Shown here piece after piece: positions 8,772 through 18,391 of a stretch of DNA of 64,000 nucleotides (positions within the stretch are counted from its first letter, which is position 1; every line of letters starts with the position of its first letter). A program made the translations under genes and the position numbers. The notes beneath the pieces are model-generated. The model was given only the letters and a program-made list of their open reading frames with translations. It made no database searches and was not told the origin of the DNA. The stretch is from Pseudomonadota bacterium (GTDB lineage Bacteria; Pseudomonadota; Gammaproteobacteria; Xanthomonadales; Rhodanobacteraceae). Where the stretch lies: assembly GCA_021792975.1 (NCBI GenBank), contig JAJYTR010000002.1:29703-93702 (forward strand), in the 5' to 3' direction.

Positions 8772-8907
8772 GGGAAACCTCACAGTGGTGGTCAGCTAAC
8801 CGGTTTGAAGCCTCTGAGCCCCCTGGCCTTGAGACCCTCCTAGGCAGGTCCGCCGGCCATCCGCATGGGCAGCCCATGACGGCAACGGCCGAAGCTCACG
8901 GAGTGCG

Positions 8908-8924
8908 AAGCAGTGTTCGTGCCA
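8908..8924 (-). promoter_or_regulatory. Sigma-54 (-24/-12) promoter of pilA
   Basis: Minus strand TGGCACGAACACTGCTT (GG-N10-GC). Confidence 0.8.
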
Positions 8925-9257
8925 GATACCCCGTGCCCGCGCGCGAGCCACGCGGGCACGGCCAGTGTGCCGGCAAATGTGAAATGCATGCAAGGCGAAA
9001 TCGCTCCTACCGAAATGCCGCGCGCAGGTCGACTGTGCGCGCGGTCACGGTCATCGCGTCAATTTGCCGATTCGTAATGCGGTGGAATGGTGACTGCAAG
9101 ATGCGACCCCATGCCCTCCGGTGCGGCCGCCTGCGCGACCCTGCTGCGACGGCAGGGCAAGGGCTGACGCGGCGCGTCACATCTTGTGACATGGCGCGGC
9201 AGGTGCGGGCGGGCGCCGCTGGACTGCCGGCGTCGCCGCGCGCAAGGCAGCCGCCGC

Positions 9258-9833
9258 ATGTCCGTTCCGCATACCCGCATGGGCCTCGAGGCCTTCCTGG
9301 ACTGGGAAAACCGGCAGCCGGCGCGCCACGAGTTCTACCGCGGCGAGATATTCGCGATGGTGGGCGCGCGCCGGGTGCACGGCATCGTGGCGGGCAATGT
9401 CTTCGCGGCCTTGAAGTCACGCCTAAAGGGCAAACCCTGCATGGCCTTCATCGAAAACATGAAGCTGCGCGTGGCCGACGACGCGCTGTTTTACCCCGAC
9501 GTATTCGTCACCCGCGATGCGCGCGACCTGCGCACCGAGATGGTGTTCGAGCATCCGACGCTGATCGTCGAGGTGCTGTCCGAGGGCACCCAGGCCTTCG
9601 ACCGTGGCGCCAAGTTCGCGGCCTATCGCAGTCTGGCCAGCCTGCGCGAGTACCTGCTGATCGACCCTGACCTGCGTACGGTGGAGCTGTTCCGCCGCAA
9701 TGCGGCCGGCCTGTTCGAACTGCACGACCACACCGGCCTGGACACGTTGGAACTGGCCAGCCTGCGGCTTGCACTGCCGCAGGCCGAACTGTTCGAGGGG
9801 CTGGACGAGGCGGCCGCGGCAGCCCCGGACTGA
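9258..9833 (+). CDS. Uma2 family (DUF820) PD-(D/E)XK-like endonuclease
   Basis: HEFYRGEIFAMVGA...H, FYPDVFVT, PTLIVEVLS..T..FDRGAKF..Y..L.SLREYLLIDP. Confidence 0.9.
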   Translation: MSVPHTRMGLEAFLDWENRQPARHEFYRGEIFAMVGARRVHGIVAGNVFAALKSRLKGKPCMAFIENMKLRVADDALFYPDVFVTRDARDLRTEMVFEHPTLIVEVLSEGTQAFDRGAKFAAYRSLASLREYLLIDPDLRTVELFRRNAAGLFELHDHTGLDTLELASLRLALPQAELFEGLDEAAAAAPD

Positions 9834-9880
9834 TCGGCGCGCGCGGCCGTGCGCGTGCCGTTGCGGCGCGGCGGCCGGGT

Positions 9881-10336
<456 letters not shown>

Positions 10337-10371
10337 GGGTGGAATCCCCCGTGGAGTCACGGTGAACCGCC

Positions 10372-10387
10372 AGCAGGAACCGCGCCA
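10372..10387 (-). promoter_or_regulatory. Sigma-54 (-24/-12) promoter of the second pilin
   Basis: Minus strand TGGCGCGGTTCCTGCT (GG-N10-GC), 35 bp upstream of the ATG. Confidence 0.7.
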
Positions 10388-10400
10388 ACAATGGTCACAC

Positions 10401-10416
10401 TGTGACGTGCATCACA
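10401..10416. promoter_or_regulatory. CRP/Clp-type binding site
   Basis: Exact TGTGA-N6-TCACA (TGTGACGTGCATCACA) just upstream of the sigma-54 element. Confidence 0.65.
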
Positions 10417-10435
10417 GGTTGGCGCTGCGCGCCGG

Positions 10436-10673
10436 CCGGGATGACATCAGACATGGGGTGCGCCGGCCGGGATGACGTCAGGAGAGAGAGGTCGTGCGGG
10501 AGGACGCCAAAAGAAGGAGCGGGCCGGGATGACGTCATAAAGAAGCGCGGTGGCCATAGCTTTCTTGCTGTCATCCCCGCGGAAGCGGGGATCCAGTCGC
10601 ACCTGTGAGGCGCAGGTATTTGCGGGATGCCCGTCTGGATCCCGGCTCGGCGCTGCGCGCCGTCCGGGGTGAC
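10436..10673. repeat. REP cluster of the same family
   Basis: CCGGGATGAC half-sites at 10436, 10467 and 10524; doublet GTCATCCCCGCGGAAGCGGGGATCCAG...CTGGATCCCGG...CCGGGGTGAC at 10570-10673. Confidence 0.85.
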
Positions 10674-10708
10674 AGTGCCCGGAAAACTTGCGCCGGCGGC
10701 GGACGTGC

Positions 10709-12601
10709 TCAGCCGGTCTGCTGCCGGCGCGTGTGGGTTTCCAGCAGCGCGCCGAAGCGGCGGCGCAGGGCGGCCTCGATGCCGGCGGCATCCAGCCCGG
10801 CCTCGGCCAGGAGCTGTTCGCGGCTGGCGTGCTCCAGGAAACGGTCGGGCAGGCCGAGCTGCAGCAGCGGCAGGGCCAGGCCCTGGGCATGCAGCCACTC
10901 GCCCACGGCGCTGCCGGCGCCGCCGGCGACGACCTGGTCCTCGAGGCTGACGAAGCCCTCGTGGCTGCGCGCCAGTTCGGCCAGCAGCGCGGTGTCCAGC
11001 GGCTTGACGAAGCGCATGTCCACCAGCGTGAGGTCGAACGCCTCGGCCACCCTGCCGGCCGCGGCCAGCGGCGCGCCGAAGGCCAGCAGGGCCAGTGCGC
11101 GGCCGCGCCGGCGCAGCACGGCCTTGCCCACGGGCGCGGTGGCGAGATCCTGGCCCGCGGCGACGCCGGTGCCGACGCCGCGCGGATAGCGCACCAGCGC
11201 CGGGCCGCCGAGGTGGAAGCCGGTGGACAGCAGCAGCCGGCATTCGCGCTCGTCGCTGGGTGCCATGATGGTGAGGTTGGGCACGGCGCGCGCGTAGCTG
11301 AAATCGAAGCTGCCGGCGTGGGTGGGGCCGTCGGGGCCGACCACGCCGGCGCGGTCGATGGCGAACAGCACCGGCAGGTTCTGCAGCGCCACGTCGTGCA
11401 CGAGCTGGTCGTAGGCGCGCTGCAGAAAAGTGGAGTAGATGGCCACCACCGGGCGGGCGCCTTCGCAGGCCATGCCGGCGGCCAGCGTCACCGCGTGCTG
11501 CTCGGCGATGCCCACATCGAAGTAGCGCTGCGGGAACTCCCTGGAGAAGCGCACCAGCCCGGAGCCCTCGCGCATGGCGGGGGTGATGCCCATCAGCCGC
11601 GCGTCGGCGGCGGCCATGTCGCACAGCCAGTCGCTGAACACGTCGGTGTAGGTGGCCTTGCCGGGCGCCTTGGGCTGCACGCCGCGCGCCGGGTCGAACG
11701 GGCCCACCGCGTGGTATTCGATCTGCGCCTGCTCGGCGGGCGCGTAGCCCTTGCCCTTGGTGGTGATGACGTGCAGCAGCTGCGGTCCCGGCAGCGTGCG
11801 CACGGTGCGTAGCGAGTGCAGGAGCTGCGGCAGGTCGTGGCCGTCGATGGGACCGCTGTAGTGGAAGCCCAGCTCCTCGAACAGCGTGGAGGGCATGAAC
11901 ATACCCTTGGCGTGCTCCTCCCAGCGCTTGACGAAGCGCGCCATCAGGCCGCGCCGCGACATCGCGCGCTTGGCGCGTTCGCGCAGTGCGTTGAGTCGCC
12001 GGCTCACCAGCAGCCGTGCCAGCATGCGCGTGAGGCCGCCGACGTTCTCGCTGATGGACATGCCGTTGTCGTTGAGCACCACCAGCAGGTCGGGCTCGGC
12101 GTCGCCGCCGTGGTTGAGCGCCTCGTAGGCCATGCCCGCGGTCATGGCGCCGTCGCCGATCACCGCCACGATCTTGCGCGCGTCGCCCTTGCGCTGCGCC
12201 GCCAGCGCCATGCCCAGCGCGGCGGAGACGGAGGTGGAGGAGTGGCCCACGCCGAAGGCGTCGTAGGGGCTCTCGTCGCGGCGCGGGAAGGGCGCCAGGC
12301 CGTCCTTCTGCTTAATGCTGGTGATGCGCGCGGCGCGGCCGGTGAGGATCTTGTGCGGATAACCCTGATGGCCGACGTCCCACACCAGCCGGTCCTCGGG
12401 CGTGTCGAACAGGTAGTGCAGCGCCACCGTCAGCTCGACCACGCCGAGGTTAGCGCCGAAGTGTCCGCCCGAACTCGCCACCGAGGCGATCAGGAACCGC
12501 CGCAGCTCGTCGGCCACCGCCGGCAGCTCGGTTTCGGGCATGCGGCGCAAGTCGGCGGGCGCGGCGATGCGCGCGAGATGCGGGTAGAGGCTGGCGTCCA
12601 T
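10709..12601 (-). CDS. dxs: 1-deoxy-D-xylulose-5-phosphate synthase
   Basis: [53 protein letters not shown]; start taken at MDASLYP. Confidence 0.97.
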   Translation of the reverse strand: MDASLYPHLARIAAPADLRRMPETELPAVADELRRFLIASVASSGGHFGANLGVVELTVALHYLFDTPEDRLVWDVGHQGYPHKILTGRAARITSIKQKDGLAPFPRRDESPYDAFGVGHSSTSVSAALGMALAAQRKGDARKIVAVIGDGAMTAGMAYEALNHGGDAEPDLLVVLNDNGMSISENVGGLTRMLARLLVSRRLNALRERAKRAMSRRGLMARFVKRWEEHAKGMFMPSTLFEELGFHYSGPIDGHDLPQLLHSLRTVRTLPGPQLLHVITTKGKGYAPAEQAQIEYHAVGPFDPARGVQPKAPGKATYTDVFSDWLCDMAAADARLMGITPAMREGSGLVRFSREFPQRYFDVGIAEQHAVTLAAGMACEGARPVVAIYSTFLQRAYDQLVHDVALQNLPVLFAIDRAGVVGPDGPTHAGSFDFSYARAVPNLTIMAPSDERECRLLLSTGFHLGGPALVRYPRGVGTGVAAGQDLATAPVGKAVLRRRGRALALLAFGAPLAAAGRVAEAFDLTLVDMRFVKPLDTALLAELARSHEGFVSLEDQVVAGGAGSAVGEWLHAQGLALPLLQLGLPDRFLEHASREQLLAEAGLDAAGIEAALRRRFGALLETHTRRQQTG

Positions 12602-12668
12602 CGGGCTGCCATTGTCGAACCCTGCGCCGGCAGCGGCAAGTCGATGCGCCGGCGCCGGGCGCGGTCCT

Positions 12669-12869
12669 TCAGCCTTGGTCCTGCTGCCGGCTCTGCCGCC
12701 ACTGGCGCAGCGCATCGCGCAGGATCAGCGTCTGTTTCTCGAAGCGCCGGCAGGCGCGGCAGGTGAGGATGTGCGCGCGCACGGCCAGCCGCTCGCCGAG
12801 GGAGAGCGTGCGGTCCTCGCGGGCCAGCAGCAGCCCGCTGATGTCGCGACAGCTGTTGGGGATCTTCAT
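12669..12869 (-). CDS. zf-HC2 zinc-finger anti-sigma factor
   Basis: SCRDISGLL...[11 protein letters not shown] (HxxxCxxC); overlaps the sigma factor stop. Confidence 0.88.
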   Translation of the reverse strand: MKIPNSCRDISGLLLAREDRTLSLGERLAVRAHILTCRACRRFEKQTLILRDALRQWRQSRQQDQG

Positions 12870-13456
12870 CGTGATGCGGCTACGAACCAGTTCAGTTGCA
12901 GGCACTCGCGCAGGCGCAGGCGCGCGCGGTGCAGCAGGATCCACAGGTTGGTCGGCGCGATGGCCAGTTCCTGACAGATGGCGGCGCTGTCGATCTCCAG
13001 CCACTCGCGCATGAGGAACACGCGGCCCTGCCTGCCGGGCAGGCGCTCCATGCACGCCTCGAGCACGGCGAAGAACTGCTCGCGCTGCAGTTCGCTGCAG
13101 GGGTCGGCCCATTTCTCCGGGAGTTCGCGGAAATGACCGTCGCGCCGGTACAGCTCCCCGTCGAGCGCCTCGCCGTCGTCGTCGTCCGCGGCGACCGTGG
13201 TCTCGCGCGCGTGCAGGCGCAACTGGTCCAGCAGCTTGTGCTTGAGGATGCCGATGATCCAGGTCTTCACCTGTGCGCCGCCGCGGAAGCCGGCGGCGCC
13301 CTGCAGCGCGGCCAGCACCGTTTCGGAGACGGCGTCCTCGGCCCAGGCCTCGTTGCGCAGTTGCAGCCGTGCCAGGCGCAGCAGGGTGGGCCGCAGGGGT
13401 TCGATCTGGCGGGCCAGGGCGTCGGCGTCGAGGACGGGCTGCGGCGGGCGGTTCAT
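12866..13456 (-). CDS. ECF sigma-70 factor (TIGR02943-like)
   Basis: LARLQLRNEAWAEDAVSET, TWIIGILKHKLLD, ICQELAI..TNLWILLHRARLRLRECL. Confidence 0.92.
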   Translation of the reverse strand: MNRPPQPVLDADALARQIEPLRPTLLRLARLQLRNEAWAEDAVSETVLAALQGAAGFRGGAQVKTWIIGILKHKLLDQLRLHARETTVAADDDDGEALDGELYRRDGHFRELPEKWADPCSELQREQFFAVLEACMERLPGRQGRVFLMREWLEIDSAAICQELAIAPTNLWILLHRARLRLRECLQLNWFVAASR

Positions 13457-13498
13457 CACGCAGGATCTCGGCGTCGGTGGTAAATGGCGTGCGGGGGT

Positions 13499-13526
13499 GT
13501 AAGGAATCGGGGCCTGGCGCGACCAA
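13499..13526 (+). promoter_or_regulatory. Putative ECF promoter for the bufferin operon
   Basis: GTAAGG-N15-CGACCAA upstream of the precursor gene; resembles ECF promoters of DUF692 operons as recalled (inference). Confidence 0.45.
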
Positions 13527-13633
13527 GCCCCGGCGACGCATTGTTTCACCAAGTGCCGAGCCTATCCACGGCGCTCCAGGGCGTTCCTGGAGATCGACCC
13601 TTCGACCAACCTTTTCTCCGCGAGGACATCGTC

Positions 13634-13969
13634 ATGAACAAACAGCATCTTCTGAGCATCGCCGCCGCTTCCCTGATCGCCGCCGGCGCGCTGGCCACGG
13701 CACCCGCCGCGCATGCCGAGACCATGGGCAAGTGTTTCGGCATCGCCACCGCGCACCACAACGACTGCGCGGGCCTGTCGGGGCTGCATTCGTGCAAGGG
13801 CCAGAGCCCCAACAACTACAACCCGGGCGATTTCCGCGTGGTGCCCACCGGCACCTGCGAAAAGCTGGGCGGCCTGAACATGGTGCAGGCCCAGGCGATC
13901 CTGAAGAATCCCGCCGAGGTCAAGGCCTTCGAGGCCAGGATGGCGGCCAAGGCCAAGGCCAAGGGCTGA
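13634..13969 (+). CDS. DUF2282 family secreted RiPP precursor (bufferin BufA1-like)
   Basis: Signal peptide ending AHA; KCFG...NDCAG...HSCKGQ...VPTGTCEKLGG four-Cys pattern; GAGGA RBS. Confidence 0.85.
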   Translation: MNKQHLLSIAAASLIAAGALATAPAAHAETMGKCFGIATAHHNDCAGLSGLHSCKGQSPNNYNPGDFRVVPTGTCEKLGGLNMVQAQAILKNPAEVKAFEARMAAKAKAKG

Positions 13970-14030
13970 GCACTGCGGGCACGGCACGCGCGCCGCCGCG
14001 GCGCGGCGCGCGTCACCGGAGGATCGGACC

Positions 14031-14921
14031 ATGGACCATGCGCACGCGGCGCGCGCCGGCATCGGCCTGCGCCAGCCGCACTACCGCGCTTTCGGCGAAC
14101 GACGGCCGGCTACCGGTTTCGTCGAAGTGCACTCGGAAAATTTCTTCAACCCGCATGACGCCGCCGCGCAGGTGCTGGCGGCGGTGCGCGCGGAGTACGC
14201 CGTCAGCCTGCACGGCGTCGGCCTGGCGCTGGGCTCGGCCTGCGGGCTGGACGACACCCACCTCGGCAGGCTGGCCGCGCTGGTGGCGCGCGTCGATCCG
14301 GTGCGCGTGTCCGACCACGCCTGCTTCGCGCGGGCGCCCGATGCAGGCGGCGCCGTGGTGCACGCCAACGACCTGCTGCCGGTGGCCTTCACGCAGGCGA
14401 CGCTGGCGGTGTTCGAGGCCCACGTGCAGCAGGTGCAGGAACGTCTGCGGCGGCCGATCCTGGTCGAGAACCTCAGCAGTTACCTGGATTTCGCCGAGCG
14501 CGATTTCAGCGAGCCGCAGTTCTTCGCCGAACTGACGCGGCGCAGCGGTTGCGGCCTGCTGCTGGATGTCAACAACCTGATGGTCAACGCCCTCAACGCC
14601 GGCGCCGACGATCCGCCGGCCAGCGTCTGCGCCTGGCTGGACGAGCTGGCGCAGTGTGCGCCGCGCGCGTGCATCGGCGAGATCCATCTGGCCGGGCACA
14701 GCCGCCAGCACGGGCTGGTGATCGACGACCATTCCAGCGTGGTGTCGGTACCGGTGTGGCAGGCCTATGCGCATGCGCTGCGCCGGTTCGGGCCGCAGCC
14801 GACGCTGATCGAGTGGGATACCGCGTTGCCGGAACTCGACGTGCTGCTGGGCGAGGCGGCACAGGCGCAGCGCCTGCTCGACGCCGAGGCGGCCGCGCGC
14901 GCGGCGGAGCGTGCGGCATGA
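14031..14921 (+). CDS. DUF692 multinuclear non-heme iron oxidase (MNIO, BufB-like)
   Basis: EVHSEN, HGVGL, SDH, EN.SSY, LLDVNN, EIHLAGH, IDDH and EWD motifs. Confidence 0.93.
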   Translation: MDHAHAARAGIGLRQPHYRAFGERRPATGFVEVHSENFFNPHDAAAQVLAAVRAEYAVSLHGVGLALGSACGLDDTHLGRLAALVARVDPVRVSDHACFARAPDAGGAVVHANDLLPVAFTQATLAVFEAHVQQVQERLRRPILVENLSSYLDFAERDFSEPQFFAELTRRSGCGLLLDVNNLMVNALNAGADDPPASVCAWLDELAQCAPRACIGEIHLAGHSRQHGLVIDDHSSVVSVPVWQAYAHALRRFGPQPTLIEWDTALPELDVLLGEAAQAQRLLDAEAAARAAERAA

Positions 14922-15742
14922 GCGGCGCGGCGCCGGCGATCGCGCGCGAGGCACAGCGCCAGCAGGCGCTGCTGCAGGCGCTGTTCGCGCCGCGCCCCGG
15001 CGATGTGCCGCCGGCCGCGCTGGGCGTGGCGCAGCGCGGCGCGCGCTGGGACGCGGGCCTGGCGGCCTATCGCGCGAACGGCCTCGAACACGCGCGCATC
15101 GCGCTGCGCGCACAGTTTCCGACCGTGCTGGCGATGCTGGGCGAGGCCGCCTTCGACGCCGTGGCGACGCGCTACTGGTACGCGCATCCCCCGCGCGTGG
15201 GCGATCTGGCGCACGTCGGCGGCGCGTTTCCCGAGTGCCTGCAGGCGCAGGCGGATCTGGCCGCGTGGCCGTGGCTGGGCGACAGCGCGCGGCTGGATCG
15301 GGCGCGCTGGCAGGTGCTGTTCGCGGCACCCGCGCGGCTCGCCGAGGCGGATCTGCAGCGGCTGGCGGCGGAGGATCCCGACCGGCTGCGGGTGGTGCTC
15401 GCCGCGGGCACCTGCCTGCTCGAGTCGCGCTGGCCGGTGTACACGCTGTGGCGGCTGCATCAGGCGCCGCAGCCGGACACCGAAGCGCTGCGCGAAGCCC
15501 TGCACCAGCCCGGCGAGCCGGTGTGGGTGTGGCGCGAGGCGCTGCGGCCGCAGTGCCGCGCGCTGCCGCGCGCCGAGGCGGACTGGCTGCGCGCGCTGCG
15601 CGCCGGCCCGCTGGGCGCGGCACTGCAGGGGGCCGCCGAGGATTTCGACGTATCGGCGTGGCTGCAGCAGGCGGTCGCGCACGGCTGGATCGATCGTGTC
15701 GAAGCAATGTCCGGCACCGCGGGCGCCGCCCCCGTTCTTTGA
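14918..15742 (+). CDS. DUF2063 MNIO partner protein (BufC-like)
   Basis: GLAAYRAN....ALRAQFPTVLAMLGEAAF...Y...HPP...DL...G..FP; ATGA overlap with DUF692. Confidence 0.85.
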   Translation: MSGAAPAIAREAQRQQALLQALFAPRPGDVPPAALGVAQRGARWDAGLAAYRANGLEHARIALRAQFPTVLAMLGEAAFDAVATRYWYAHPPRVGDLAHVGGAFPECLQAQADLAAWPWLGDSARLDRARWQVLFAAPARLAEADLQRLAAEDPDRLRVVLAAGTCLLESRWPVYTLWRLHQAPQPDTEALREALHQPGEPVWVWREALRPQCRALPRAEADWLRALRAGPLGAALQGAAEDFDVSAWLQQAVAHGWIDRVEAMSGTAGAAPVL

Positions 15743-15753
15743 GGAGTCCATCG

Positions 15754-16266
15754 ATGACCGCAACGACCGCAGCCTCATTCCCGTCACGCGTACTCGCGGC
15801 CGGCCGGCGCGGCGGGCAATGGCTGGAGCGCGCGCTCGTGTGGCTGCAGGGCCCGGCGCTGCTGGCCGCGCGCTGCTACGTGGCCTGGGTGTTCTTCGTC
15901 TCGGGGCTGCAGAGCCGGCGCGACTGGTCGTCCACGCTGTGGCTGTACGCCAACTGCTTCCAGGTGCCGCTGCTGCCGCCGGCCGTGGCCGCGGTGGCCG
16001 GCACCGCCGGCGAGATCGTGCTGCCGCTGCTGCTGGCGCTGGGGTTGTTCGGGCGCTTCGGCGCGCTGGGCCTGTTCGTGGTCAACGCAGTGGCGCTGCT
16101 GTCCTACCTGCACACGCGGCAGGTGGCGCTGGGCGCCATCGGCGCGCACCTCGATCCGGCGATGATGTTCCACTTCATCTGGGGTCTGCTGGCGCTGGCG
16201 GTGGCGCTGTGGGGGCCGGGGCGCTGGTCGGTGGATGCGCTGCGGGCGCGCCGCCGCGCGGAATAG
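15754..16266 (+). CDS. DoxX family membrane protein (BufD-like)
   Basis: R.YVAWVFFVSG, VPLLPP..AA..GT.GEI.LPLLL.LGL.GR, GPGRWSVD; GAGGAG RBS. Confidence 0.88.
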   Translation: MTATTAASFPSRVLAAGRRGGQWLERALVWLQGPALLAARCYVAWVFFVSGLQSRRDWSSTLWLYANCFQVPLLPPAVAAVAGTAGEIVLPLLLALGLFGRFGALGLFVVNAVALLSYLHTRQVALGAIGAHLDPAMMFHFIWGLLALAVALWGPGRWSVDALRARRRAE

Positions 16267-16286
16267 CGCTTGACCTCGCTAGTGCC

Positions 16287-16592
16287 TTATTCCGGCGGAT
16301 GCTGACCCAGACGCAGCAACGTGATCGCGGCATCGAGTCGGCGGCGCAGCACCGTCACCTCGAAGAACGCTACGACACCCAAGGCATAGCCCGCACCGGC
16401 GATGATTCCGATCAGCAGAGCATCGTGCTGTCCGAGCACGCCGAGGAAAACGCCCACGGCGAACATCCCAATGAAGCCCAACCACAGCGACAGCGCATTA
16501 TTCCTGGGACGGTCGAGGACTTGGAGCGCCTTGGCGCGCGTCTCCACATCCTTGGCGATGCGGCGTCCGTCGATTTCTTCAACGATGCTCAT
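16287..16592 (-). CDS. Small two-TM hypothetical membrane protein
   Basis: C-terminal 101 aa of ORF 16287..18314 from MSIVEEID; two hydrophobic helices; co-oriented downstream of the HNH gene. Confidence 0.6.
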   Translation of the reverse strand: MSIVEEIDGRRIAKDVETRAKALQVLDRPRNNALSLWLGFIGMFAVGVFLGVLGQHDALLIGIIAGAGYALGVVAFFEVTVLRRRLDAAITLLRLGQHPPE

Positions 16593-16633
16593 GGCATTGC
16601 TCGCTGTGTAATCGCCAGGCCGCTGTCGTGGTC

Positions 16634-17239
16634 TCAGCTCGGCCGCCGCTTCTTCGGCAGATGCCCGACCAGGAACTCCATCTGGTCGGCCAGGATGTTG
16701 CGGTTGGACAGAATCAGGTGCTCGACCCAACTGGGCCGGTAGGGCACCGCCAGCAGCGGCATGTGCGCCTGCTGCGGCGTGCGGTTGCCCTTGCGCAGGT
16801 TGCAGGCGACGCAGGCGGTGACCACGTTTTCCCAGGCGTCGCGGCCGCCGCGCGAGGTGGGCACGACGTGGTCGCGGGTCAACTCGCCGCGCAGGCCGCG
16901 GCTGCCGCAGTACAGGCAGAGGTGGCGGTCGCGTGCGAACAGCGCGGCGTTGGTGAGCGCCGGTGCCGGGTCCAGCGCGTGGCTGCGGCAGTGCCCGGTG
17001 CTGGCCACGATGGGATGCAGTTCCAGGACGCTCTGCCGCCCGCTGGCGCGGTTGGTGCCGCCGCGCACGGTGAGGCAGGGCGTGCCCACGGTCCACGCCA
17101 CCGCCTCGCGCACATACAGGCACACGGCATCCTGCCAGCTGATCCAGTCGAGGATGCGCCCGCCGGCGTCGAGCGCCAGCACACGCGTGCTTGCGTGCGG
17201 GCCGGGAACCTCGGCGCGCAGGTCGATGACCTCGTGCAT
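16634..17239 (-). CDS. HNH endonuclease (McrA-like)
   Basis: ARDRHLCLYCG...TRDHVVP.SRGG...WENVVTAC..CN..K; GGAGG RBS before MHEV. Confidence 0.9.
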   Translation of the reverse strand: MHEVIDLRAEVPGPHASTRVLALDAGGRILDWISWQDAVCLYVREAVAWTVGTPCLTVRGGTNRASGRQSVLELHPIVASTGHCRSHALDPAPALTNAALFARDRHLCLYCGSRGLRGELTRDHVVPTSRGGRDAWENVVTACVACNLRKGNRTPQQAHMPLLAVPYRPSWVEHLILSNRNILADQMEFLVGHLPKKRRPS

Positions 17240-17368
17240 GCCTTCCTCCGTCGGATTGCCGAAGGCGGCGACGGTCCGTCCGCGCCGCCCGCACCGCAGC
17301 ATAAGCGAAGCGCATGGCAAACCGGTAATGCGGACATGCCGCACGGGGCGCCACGGTTGCGCCGGGGT

Positions 17369-18328
17369 TCACCGTGTCCGGCGGAGCAGGCGGCGTTCGG
17401 CGGCGGCGGCGATCAGCAGCAGGAACACCACGGCATAGATGTTGGCCGTGCCCAGCACGTCGCCCTTGTTGCCGGTGAAACCGGCGCCGTAGGGCCCGCC
17501 CATGCCCTCGGCGGTGCTCCACAGCACCAGGCTGTACAGAACGCCCAGCGGCATCGCCAGATCGACCAGCACGCCGGTGAGCAGGGACAGCGCCAGCGCG
17601 CTTTCGGCCAGCGCGGCGAACAGGGCGAAGTTCTCCACGCCGACGCGCTGGATGAGGTGCAGCACGAAGCCGATGTAGACCGCGATCCAGTGCGGTTGCC
17701 CGGCGATGGAGCCCGCCAGATAGGTGCCGGCACCGTGCAGGAACGCCGGCTGCCATTTCCAGTACGCATCGAAGGCCCACAGCAGCCCGAACAGGACGCG
17801 CGCGAGGACGAACTTCCATTCCGCCGGCGCCTCCACCGGGCCGTGCCGGAACGCCGCCAGCGGCCGCCAGCCGTGCGTCAGCAGCACCAGTGCGAAGGCC
17901 AGCGCATAGGCGATGGCGGTGCCGGGATCGGTGGCGCCGGCGGTGTAGGGGCCGCCCAGGCCGCCGATCGTGCTCCACAGCCACAGGTTGTAGACCAGCC
18001 CCACCCAGGCCAGGCGGTGCAGTTGCCAGCCGCTCAGCAGCGAGAACGCCAGCAGCAGCTCCAGCGCCACGCTGGCGTACACGACGGCGCCGACGCCGAT
18101 GCCGCCGACCAGCGCCGCCATGGCGTGGCCGTAAGCCGCCAGCCAGGCCGGCTGCCCGGGCACCCAGTCGGCGGCCATCATGTGCAGGAATCCCGCGCGG
18201 TAGACGGGGTCCAGATGCAGCACGACGTTGACCAGGCAGACCGCACCGAACAGCAGGCGCGCGAGGCCCAGCGCCCATTCGATGCGGCTGCGCGTATCCA
18301 GTCCCCACGACCACGACGGTGTTTTCAT
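17369..18328 (-). CDS. Membrane protein with two tandem DoxX/DoxD-like repeats
   Basis: Internal duplication: ARLLFG..GQPAWL..GGLGGPYTAG versus ARVLFGLLWAFDAYWKWQP..GQPHWI..EGMGGPYGAG. Confidence 0.7.
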   Translation of the reverse strand: MKTPSWSWGLDTRSRIEWALGLARLLFGAVCLVNVVLHLDPVYRAGFLHMMAADWVPGQPAWLAAYGHAMAALVGGIGVGAVVYASVALELLLAFSLLSGWQLHRLAWVGLVYNLWLWSTIGGLGGPYTAGATDPGTAIAYALAFALVLLTHGWRPLAAFRHGPVEAPAEWKFVLARVLFGLLWAFDAYWKWQPAFLHGAGTYLAGSIAGQPHWIAVYIGFVLHLIQRVGVENFALFAALAESALALSLLTGVLVDLAMPLGVLYSLVLWSTAEGMGGPYGAGFTGNKGDVLGTANIYAVVFLLLIAAAAERRLLRRTR

Positions 18329-18362
18329 GGCTGCTCTGACCGCGGTCGGGCGCTTGCGTTCA

Positions 18363-18378
18363 CTTACCGATCGGTAAG
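18363..18378. promoter_or_regulatory. Perfect 16-bp palindrome, candidate repressor operator
   Basis: CTTACCGATCGGTAAG, 34 bp upstream of the tandem-DoxX ATG. Confidence 0.55.
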
Positions 18379-18391
18379 CCGCGCGTGGCGA

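Noticed and set aside
8772-8900. c-di-GMP riboswitch upstream of pilA
   Set aside because: No GEMM-I or class II consensus elements seen; reported only as a structured leader
16634-17239. HNH as defence or mobile-element nuclease
   Set aside because: No methylase, intron or ncRNA context; looks like the conserved stand-alone HNH family
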